From: Candidatus Zhuqueibacterota bacterium
Lineage (GTDB): Bacteria > Zhuqueibacterota > Zhuqueibacteria > Residuimicrobiales > Krinioviventaceae
Reading direction: 5' to 3'
Assembly: GCA_016928775.1 (NCBI GenBank)
Contig: JAFGKD010000043.1
Coordinates: forward strand, 1,834 to 65,833
Length of the DNA: 64,000 nt
Position numbers and translations under genes: made by a program. The notes beneath the pieces are model-generated. The model was not told where the DNA came from. It did no database searches and worked only from the letters and a program-made list of their open reading frames with translations. Below, in pieces: positions 57,092 through 64,000 of this stretch (its first letter is position 1; each line of letters starts with the position of its first letter).

Positions 57092-58435
57092 CTAAAAATG
57101 CACTCCCAAACCAACGGCAAATGCTATATTCGACCGGTTATAGGTCTCGACATACGGGATTCCGGAATCCATTTGAACGCCATCACGATCGCTTTCTTTG
57201 TAGATCGTATATAAAGCGCCTAAATCAATATCAATCAGATTGGCAAGCGTATAACGCAAGCCAATTCCGCCGGTATCGCTGCTCAAACTATGACTGATGT
57301 CCGTCTGATAGATATCTTTGACACCAGTGCTCGAACGGAGATAGCCGGCGCTGATCAAAAGCGCTTTTGCGACGTCGAATTCAAAGCCAAAGGAAAACTC
57401 GTTTAAATTCTTTCGCACGAGGTTCTCTCGTCCCTCCCAGTCGGCCATTTTGTCAAAATAGGTATTAAACGAAAATGAGCCACGAAATCTGGGGAAAAAG
57501 GCATATTCCATACCACAGGTCAAGATAGCCGGTATATCATTGCGGAATGTATAACCATCAGGAAACTGCCCCAGATCATCTTTTGTTGTCTCGTTGGTGA
57601 ATTCGAGGGCGGTGTTCATCTCGTATTTCAGACCAACATTGAGCGTTTCGGTGGGTTTAAAGTTCAAACCGATAATCGGGGTGATCCCGGTCGCTGTTTG
57701 TTTGACATCCACGGCTTTGTCGCTCACTCTGGCGGCTTGCTCAGCCATTCCAATCATTGAAAAAAACTGCGTGGCCGGGATAAAATTGCCTGTGAGCTGG
57801 GCGGGCGGATAAATCGGATTGATCAGGATGTTTTGAATCGCACCTTCATAGGTGTTCACTGCTGAAATGTAGCGTCCACCCAGGGAAACGGAAACAACCT
57901 CATTGAGCGCATAAGCGGCATTGAGCTGGAAGCCATAATAGACCGAGCTGCCATCAAAATTGATCGTGGCTCGGTAGGCTGTTGTTGGTATGCCTGACAT
58001 ACTCACATTTGCCGGTAGTAATGAAATCGGCATTTCAAAGGATGGCAGACCAGTGGCAAATTCGGCTGTACCGCCACCGCCATTGGGTCCAAAGCCAAAA
58101 GCGATAGCCCAGTTATCCTTTTTATACGAGGCATAAAAATTGGGAAAAAGCGGCACTTCCACGGTGCCAACGTATTCTTGCGAATTGAGTAACGGAAAAC
58201 TGTTTTTTACCTTTTTTTCCTGGTCGATGATTTGATTGTAAAACGCAATGTGAAAACCATCTTCCAGCTGAGTCAAGCCGGCCGGATTAAAGTAAGTGGC
58301 GTCGATTTCAGTAGACGCATTTCGTGACAGGGTGCGTATGAACTGAGCGCTCTGGTTGGTATTGGTAACGATTCCACCGGCAATAGCCAGTTGTGTAACG
58401 ATGAGTACAGTGACGAGGGCGATTGTTGTTCTCAT
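57092..58435 (-). CDS. FadL/OmpP1-like outer-membrane transporter beta-barrel (putative)
   Basis: Signal peptide. N-terminal …ATYFNPAGLTQL… box and C-terminal …AVGLGVHF are typical of the FadL family. 447 aa. Confidence 0.5.
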   Translation of the reverse strand: MRTTIALVTVLIVTQLAIAGGIVTNTNQSAQFIRTLSRNASTEIDATYFNPAGLTQLEDGFHIAFYNQIIDQEKKVKNSFPLLNSQEYVGTVEVPLFPNFYASYKKDNWAIAFGFGPNGGGGTAEFATGLPSFEMPISLLPANVSMSGIPTTAYRATINFDGSSVYYGFQLNAAYALNEVVSVSLGGRYISAVNTYEGAIQNILINPIYPPAQLTGNFIPATQFFSMIGMAEQAARVSDKAVDVKQTATGITPIIGLNFKPTETLNVGLKYEMNTALEFTNETTKDDLGQFPDGYTFRNDIPAILTCGMEYAFFPRFRGSFSFNTYFDKMADWEGRENLVRKNLNEFSFGFEFDVAKALLISAGYLRSSTGVKDIYQTDISHSLSSDTGGIGLRYTLANLIDIDLGALYTIYKESDRDGVQMDSGIPYVETYNRSNIAFAVGLGVHF

Positions 58436-58611
58436 AGCATCTCCTCTCCATGATTGAGTTGAACTGCGTTCAAGTGAACTTGCTTCAAGATAAAAAAACT
58501 TGTGATTCTGTACAAGCTATTTCATCATTTTTTTCTATTTTTTTTTAGAATCGGAAATGCTCTGGGCGTGGCTCTTAAAACTCAAGAAAACAGTCCGCCG
58601 AAATGTTTGAT

Positions 58612-58639
58612 GAAAAATCGGGCGGCTGGAAACCGCCCG
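58612..58639 (-). terminator. Rho-independent terminator of the 58651-59511 gene
   Basis: CGGGCGG-ctggaaa-CCGCCCG hairpin followed by a T-tract on the minus strand, 12 nt after the stop. Confidence 0.6.
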
Positions 58640-58650
58640 TCGTTTTGATC

Positions 58651-59511
58651 CTATTTCACCTGGCCTGTCAGCACATCACTTGGGCATTTATTCCCCTCAA
58701 CCTCGATGTCCGCTTCACCACCGCCCAATACAATGTGAATGGAGCGATCGACACTCTTTTCGGCATAACCGCGCTCGCCCTCAAAAACAATATCTGCATG
58801 AAAAGTGCCGGTGATGACACCGCTCACTTTTTGCGACAGATTGCGACGGCTCCCCCTCGGACCCACCAGATCAGTGACCGTTAGATCGAGAACATGATCC
58901 GAGGTACGCCGAAAATTCCGCGTAGTGAGCGTATCGACCGCAGCACGGTGGTACGTCCCGTTAACCGTGATCATATCCTTGTGGGTATCTGTGGCTACAA
59001 ATGATCCGCCAATCTCTTTGAGAGCGTGCGACTTGTGGTTATTCTTGAAATAGCCACTGCCTTCGATGATCTCAAAGAGAATGCTACGCGCGGTATCTCC
59101 TTCGGTGATATAAAACTTTTGCGGCTGCCCGTTAGTGTCTTTAAATTGAACGGTGTAAATGCGATCCCAGTAGCCATAGGGAGTCTCACCGACCTGTCCA
59201 CGCTCGCGTTGCAGGATGACCGTCCATGTTCCAGTTACGTCATCATAGGTCGCTTCGCGATGGTCAAGAAAACCATCACCCGTGGCCTTGTCCAGTTGAA
59301 TGGATGACGTGAGTTCAAAAATATCGCCAACTTGATCGATAACACCACCGGATTGTTCACCCACCGCGCCGGCGACAGATTCGGCGACATCGCCATTTGC
59401 TTCGAGTTGAACCGTTGGCGTCGGTTCTGTTGAATTTCGCTCACTACAGCCGACAAGTAGAAAAAGTGAGGTAATGGTAACAAGCAAAAAACTATTCACT
59501 CTGACTTGCAT
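58651..59511 (-). CDS. Hypothetical lipoprotein
   Basis: The start was reassigned to ATG 59511 (MQVRVNSFLLVTITSLFLLVGCSE lipobox, AAGGAGAAAGAT RBS). No recognisable domain. Confidence 0.45.
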   Translation of the reverse strand: MQVRVNSFLLVTITSLFLLVGCSERNSTEPTPTVQLEANGDVAESVAGAVGEQSGGVIDQVGDIFELTSSIQLDKATGDGFLDHREATYDDVTGTWTVILQRERGQVGETPYGYWDRIYTVQFKDTNGQPQKFYITEGDTARSILFEIIEGSGYFKNNHKSHALKEIGGSFVATDTHKDMITVNGTYHRAAVDTLTTRNFRRTSDHVLDLTVTDLVGPRGSRRNLSQKVSGVITGTFHADIVFEGERGYAEKSVDRSIHIVLGGGEADIEVEGNKCPSDVLTGQVK

Positions 59512-59646
59512 ATCTTTCTCCTTTTTTTTCTGAATGCTTCCACTAATTGTATGTACTCGTGCACACCCGTCGACAAGTTTTATGCCAAAAAATGAAATGC
59601 TTTCTGCAACGAAAAGGCTATTTTCACAAATTTTTAGTAGATACAA

Positions 59647-59706
59647 CAAGTCAAATAAAAACAGTACTTGGGGCATTGTGTCTTTGTGTGAATGGATTTT
59701 TCAGGC
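59647..59706. repeat. Copy B of the ~60-nt repeated intergenic element (partner at 44964-45023)
   Basis: See copy A. It lies in the divergent intergenic region between the lipoprotein gene (minus) and the Gfo/Idh/MocA gene (plus). Confidence 0.6.
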
Positions 59707-59978
59707 ACAATATATCGCAGCAGCTAAAATGATAACACCTCTATCATCACGTGATCCTTTCGCTATTGCGCAGAAATTACATAGCGTAGATGAAAAAAAA
59801 TCGGCATATCATCTCTGCAAAAACGATCGTGACAAAAATGCCAAAAATTCCATAAATATTCCATATTCATTTAAATTTGTAAAATCTTGTCATTATCGGA
59901 TTTTCCATTTGCTAAAATCAATGAAATCTCTATATTACATGTCCTGAAACGCCTCCACTCTATCAAGGATGTACCAGC

Positions 59979-61268
59979 ATGTCAAAATTATTCAATCGCA
60001 GAGATTTTTTTAAAGGATTCGGTCTACTGGCCGCCGCGCCGATGATTTTGCCATCGCGCGTTTGGAGCGGCAATGATCTGCCCGGCAATCGTATCAATAT
60101 TGCCGTCATTGGCATCGGAAAACAGGGAACCGGCTTGCTGCGAGGCTTTTTGCACGCACCCGGCACCCAGGTTGTCGCTGTATGCGATGTGGACCGCCAA
60201 AAGCTGGCATATGGACAACAGGCGACGGACGATTTTTACGCCGAGAAAACCGGATCGCCCTATAAAGCTTGTCAGGCTACTATTGATTTTCGCGACATCA
60301 TCGCTCGCGATGATATTGACGCCATCGTGCTCGCTACGCCGGATCACTGGCACGCTCTACCGTCAATTCTTGCTGCTCAAGCGGGTATGGATATCTATTG
60401 TGAAAAACCACTCTCTCTCACGATTGGCGAGGCGCGTTTGATGGTCGAGCATGTTCGCCGCAACGGACGCGTCTTCCAGACCGGCAGTATGCAACGCTCC
60501 TCTGATCGGTTCCGCCAGGCGTGCGAACTGCTGCGCAACGGCTATATTGGCGAGATCAAACATGTACGCGTCTCTATTCGCACCGGCTTTATGCCGCACC
60601 CCATTGACTGTGATTTGCCAGCAGAATCCACCCCCCCTGAGCTTGAGTGGGACTTTTGGCAGGGACAAGCGCCAGCGCGGCCGTACAATTCAAAGCTTGC
60701 GCCATCCATCAACTTTGATGGCTGGCCAGCCTGGCGTGATTATCGCGCCTACTCTGGCGGTGGCATGACGGACTGGGGCGCCCATCATTTTGACATCGCT
60801 CAGTGGGCATTGGGAATGGATGAAAGCGGTCCGATCGAGATTTTTCCGGCGAGCCATAGCGACTATAAACTCCTCACCTATCGATATAAAAATGGCGTCG
60901 AGATGACGACTGATTTTGACGACAATTTTATTCGCTTCGAGGGGACCAAGGGCACGGTGACGGTCAATCGCCAGTCCCTGACAACCGAACCGGCGCATCT
61001 GAGCAGCAAAAAAATCGCCCCCAACGAAATTTTTCTGTACAAAAGCAATGATCACCGCATGGACTTTCTCAATGCAATACGCCATCGCAGCAAACCGATC
61101 GCCGACGTTGAGATTGGCGCTCGTTCGGTGACGGTGTGTCACCTCGGTAACTTGGCGTATCAATTGGATCGCCCCCTGCACTGGGACCCGGAGAAAGAAG
61201 AATTCATCAACGACGAAGAAGCCAATCGGATGAGATTTCGTGCCCAACGCAGTCCGTGGATAATCTAA
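59979..61268 (+). CDS. Gfo/Idh/MocA-family oxidoreductase with a Tat signal
   Basis: MSKLFNRRDFFKGFGLLAAAP Tat signal. GIGKQG Rossmann motif, …EKP… motif. 429 aa. Confidence 0.8.
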   Translation: MSKLFNRRDFFKGFGLLAAAPMILPSRVWSGNDLPGNRINIAVIGIGKQGTGLLRGFLHAPGTQVVAVCDVDRQKLAYGQQATDDFYAEKTGSPYKACQATIDFRDIIARDDIDAIVLATPDHWHALPSILAAQAGMDIYCEKPLSLTIGEARLMVEHVRRNGRVFQTGSMQRSSDRFRQACELLRNGYIGEIKHVRVSIRTGFMPHPIDCDLPAESTPPELEWDFWQGQAPARPYNSKLAPSINFDGWPAWRDYRAYSGGGMTDWGAHHFDIAQWALGMDESGPIEIFPASHSDYKLLTYRYKNGVEMTTDFDDNFIRFEGTKGTVTVNRQSLTTEPAHLSSKKIAPNEIFLYKSNDHRMDFLNAIRHRSKPIADVEIGARSVTVCHLGNLAYQLDRPLHWDPEKEEFINDEEANRMRFRAQRSPWII

Positions 61269-61352
61269 TTTATTCAGCGCACATGAGCGAAGGGAATCGA
61301 TATTATCAACTCAGACTGACTCGAGCAGACGCAAAAGAAAGGATTTGTAGAA

Positions 61353-62651
61353 TTGAAACGACGCGAATTTTTAGCAAAGAGTTGTGCTGCTGGCGCGGCA
61401 TTCATAGCCCCGGCGATTGTACCGGCGCACGTTCTTGGTCGAAATGGCCAGGTCCTTCCGAGTAACAAGATCACGATGGCTTGCATTGGCGTTGGCTGGC
61501 AAGGCACGGGCAATATGGAAAATTTTCTGCGCGAATCCGATTGTCAGATCATCGCGGTGTGCGATGTCGATAAAAATCATCTCGCGAACGCACAGCGCAT
61601 CGTCAATGCGACCTATAAAAATGCAGACTGCCAAACCTGTCATGATTTCCGCGAGGTCATGGCGCGCCCTGACATTGATACGGTTATGCTCGGCTTGCCA
61701 GATCATTGGCATGCGATACAGGCAATCGAAGCAGCACGAGCCGGCAAAGATGTTTTCGGCGAGAAACCGCTCTCGCATACCCTCAGGGAGGGTCGGGCCA
61801 TGGTACAGGCGATGAATACCTACGGTCGCGTCTGGCAGACCGGTTCCTGGCAGCGCTCCGAGGCCAATTTTCGCTTTGGCGCCGAACTGGTGCGCAATGG
61901 CCGCATCGGCACAGTGCAGACGGTCGAAGTCGGTCTGCCGGCAGGTCACTCGGATTTTGCCGGCACCTTTGGCCAGGATAAAATCGAACCACCGCCGCGG
62001 GAACTGGATTATGACTTTTGGCTGGGACCCGCACCTTATGCACCCTATGCCATCGAACGCGTCCATAAAAACTGGCGCTGGCACCTTGATTATGGCGGCG
62101 GACAAATCATGGACTGGGTCGGCCACCACAATGATATTGCGCACTGGGGACTCGGCTATGACCGCACCGGACCGATTGAAGTCGAGGGTCATGGCGATTA
62201 TCCTCAAGACGGTTTCCGCGATACGGCAACAAAATATTGGGTCGAGTGTACCTATGCGACCGGTGTGAAAACCATTTTAGCCGGAGGATATGGAGAAATC
62301 CGTGGCGGCACACGCTGGATCGGCGACCTCGGATGGATCTATGTCACACGCGGTGGTGTCATTGAGGCAAATCCCAAATCACTGCTCACTGAACAGCTCG
62401 GCCCCGATGATATTCACTATTTGCATTCGCCAGGCCATTTTCGCAATTTTCTCGATTGCGTGAAATCGCGTGAGGAAACGCTCACACCGTGCGAAACCGC
62501 CCATCGTTCGGCGACACCGGGACATCTCGGACAAATCTCCATGCTGCTGGGACGAAAAATCAACTTTAATCCCGAGACCGAAGAGATTCTGGGAGATGTA
62601 GCAGCTTCACGAATGCTTGATAAAGCCTATCGCGCACCATGGACACTATAG
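61353..62651 (+). CDS. Gfo/Idh/MocA-family oxidoreductase with a Tat signal (paralog)
   Basis: MKRREFLAKSCAAGAAFIAP Tat signal. CIGVGWQG, EKP. 432 aa. Confidence 0.8.
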   Translation: MKRREFLAKSCAAGAAFIAPAIVPAHVLGRNGQVLPSNKITMACIGVGWQGTGNMENFLRESDCQIIAVCDVDKNHLANAQRIVNATYKNADCQTCHDFREVMARPDIDTVMLGLPDHWHAIQAIEAARAGKDVFGEKPLSHTLREGRAMVQAMNTYGRVWQTGSWQRSEANFRFGAELVRNGRIGTVQTVEVGLPAGHSDFAGTFGQDKIEPPPRELDYDFWLGPAPYAPYAIERVHKNWRWHLDYGGGQIMDWVGHHNDIAHWGLGYDRTGPIEVEGHGDYPQDGFRDTATKYWVECTYATGVKTILAGGYGEIRGGTRWIGDLGWIYVTRGGVIEANPKSLLTEQLGPDDIHYLHSPGHFRNFLDCVKSREETLTPCETAHRSATPGHLGQISMLLGRKINFNPETEEILGDVAASRMLDKAYRAPWTL

Positions 62652-62667
62652 CTCCTGAACCAGTCAA

Positions 62668-63363
62668 TTGGAAAAAAAGGGTGTGCATGTGAGATATTTA
62701 TTTTTAGCCATTTTTCTGATGATGTCGATGGTGATGATCCAGTGTGACCAAAAGTCTGAACGCCCCGCACTCGGCAGCCCCGATAAAATCCAGAAACGTC
62801 TTCCGGCTGTTTGTATTGTGGATGAAGCCTCGCTTCGAGATGGCCCCTCTGCCAATGCCAACTGGAAGACCGCCATTGCTTTGGGAGAAAAATTGCACTG
62901 GCTCGGCATCAGCAAACAGGATTCTATAAAGGAGAGCCGTGAATATTTCAAAGTGGAGCTGTCCGACAGTACCGTTGGCTGGACAACCTCGTATGCCGTG
63001 GAATTGAACGCGGAGCCGGCAGTCATTATCGAACGAGCGCTCCTGTACCGCCGGCCTGATCTCAAAACGATGACGGATAAAGACCTGCAACCGATGGAAT
63101 TTGTCGCGATTCTGGAAACAAATAGCGACTGGCTGCGCGTCCTGGGAGAAAATCGCAAAAAACGCGGCTGGATTGAGCGCTCCGCCGCCTCCCTCAGAGA
63201 AGATGATATCGCAGTCGGTGTGCTCGCTTCCAAAGCGCTCAAAGAAAATAATTCCGAAAAACGACATCAGCGTATTATGGATATCATTGAAAATCCGGCG
63301 TTCGCTAATTCGGGATTTATTGATGAATTGATGCAAATTTTGAATTCTGACAATGATGAATGA
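62668..63363 (+). CDS. Hypothetical lipoprotein. The start codon is ambiguous: TTG 62668, or GTG 62683 or 62689.
   Basis: RYLFLAIFLMMSMVMIQCD lipobox-type signal. The antisense ORFs 62664-63242 and 62704-63381 look like junk. No ATG start is available in frame before the signal peptide. Confidence 0.4.
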   Translation: MEKKGVHVRYLFLAIFLMMSMVMIQCDQKSERPALGSPDKIQKRLPAVCIVDEASLRDGPSANANWKTAIALGEKLHWLGISKQDSIKESREYFKVELSDSTVGWTTSYAVELNAEPAVIIERALLYRRPDLKTMTDKDLQPMEFVAILETNSDWLRVLGENRKKRGWIERSAASLREDDIAVGVLASKALKENNSEKRHQRIMDIIENPAFANSGFIDELMQILNSDNDE

Positions 63364-63466
63364 TGGATGTTGGAAACTCAACGCTTAGGTTTGTATTGTT
63401 GATGTCGTGCCTGCAAAAATTTCACTTGTTTCCGGAAAAACATATCGTGAATCGAGGTGTTTGACT

Positions 63467-64000
63467 ATGAAACGCAGAACTTTTATCAAAACGACGCTCG
63501 CCGCGGCACCACTGTTTGTGCCCGCTCACGTTCTTGGTGGTCGCTATACAGCACCCAGCGATAAAATTCGCATGGGCTGCATCGGCGTCGGCAGTATGGG
63601 CAGCGGCCACGTCCGTGCCTTTTTGGGACAACCGGATGTGCAGATTCTGGCTGTCTGCGATGTGCGGCAGGCGCACCGAGAGCGCGCCAAACGTGCCGTC
63701 GATACAGTATACGATAACAGCGATTGCACAACATATCATGATTTTCGTGAACTGCTGGCTCGGGACGATATTGATGCGATTATGACGGCGACTCCGGATA
63801 ATTGGCATGCCCTTATCGGACTGGAAGCCGCCCGGCGCGGCGTGGATATGTACTTTGAAAAACCACTCACCATGAGCATTAATGAGAGTCAAGCACTTCG
63901 CGATGCGGTGAGCAAGTACAATGTCATTTTCCAGTTCGGCACCCAACAACGCTCCGATTACGAGTTTCGACAGACAATTGAATTGATACGAAACGGCCGC
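63467..64000 (+). CDS. Gfo/Idh/MocA-family oxidoreductase with a Tat signal (third paralog, 3' partial)
   Basis: ATG 63467 with a GAGGTG RBS. MKRRTFIKTTLAAAPLFVPAHVLGG…CIGVGSMGSGH…EKP. It runs off the window end. Confidence 0.75.
   Translation, partial: MKRRTFIKTTLAAAPLFVPAHVLGGRYTAPSDKIRMGCIGVGSMGSGHVRAFLGQPDVQILAVCDVRQAHRERAKRAVDTVYDNSDCTTYHDFRELLARDDIDAIMTATPDNWHALIGLEAARRGVDMYFEKPLTMSINESQALRDAVSKYNVIFQFGTQQRSDYEFRQTIELIRNGR

Noticed and set aside
61371-62207. 278-aa minus-strand ORF inside the second Gfo/Idh/MocA gene
   Set aside because: It is antisense to a well-supported oxidoreductase gene with clear family motifs.
62664-63381. Minus-strand ORFs of 192 and 225 aa overlapping the lipoprotein gene 62668-63363
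   Set aside because: The plus-strand product has a convincing lipoprotein signal and sensible composition. The minus-strand translations (runs of H, RHRHH) look like antisense artefacts.
1-64000. CRISPR arrays, transposases, integrases, rRNA and tRNA genes
   Set aside because: None were seen. The only tRNA-like structure is the tRNA-like domain of the tmRNA.

Overview
The window is a 64 kb bacterial chromosomal stretch with GC near 50%. Many secreted proteins end in type IX secretion (T9SS) C-terminal sorting domains (the NYPNPFNP...KxxLLK type), yet most genes carry strong AGGAG-like Shine-Dalgarno sites. A Fibrobacter-type 'major paralogous' domain is also present. Together these suggest a non-Bacteroidia member of the FCB superphylum; this is inference, and no database search was possible.

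The layout, start to end:

- 1-15002, minus strand: one tightly packed, translationally coupled operon for a phage-tail-like contractile injection system. In transcription order it encodes a sheath, a tube, three unknown proteins, a 1130-aa helical tape-measure-like protein, a 772-aa Rhs/YD-repeat protein whose C-terminus is a hydrophobic HExxH domain, a gpD-like hub, a gpV/gp5-like spike, a PAAR-like tip, a gp25-like wedge, and a baseplate-J-like gene that runs off the window edge. No capsid, terminase or integrase genes lie on its upstream side within the window.
- Next come a TldD/TldE peptidase pair, a membrane EEP nuclease and a nitroreductase.
- Then several T9SS cargo proteins: an LVIVD beta-propeller, a 1444-aa vWA/lectin-like protein paired with a PorP/SprF-like gene, an S8 subtilase, a beta-helix protein and a GH30 enzyme.
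- A clearly recognisable tmRNA (ssrA) sits at 44370-44732 on the minus strand.
- The remainder is carbohydrate-active and housekeeping enzymes: two GH30 genes, metY, two SDRs, methyltransferases and three Tat-signal Gfo/Idh/MocA oxidoreductases.

Non-coding observations: several strong hairpin terminators; a ~60-nt element repeated in two intergenic regions with a diverged third copy; and an orphan sigma70-like promoter with twin 10-bp palindromes in a convergent gap.

The most notable feature is the injection-system operon with an Rhs cargo gene inserted between the tape-measure-like gene and the hub gene, with no adjacent immunity gene.
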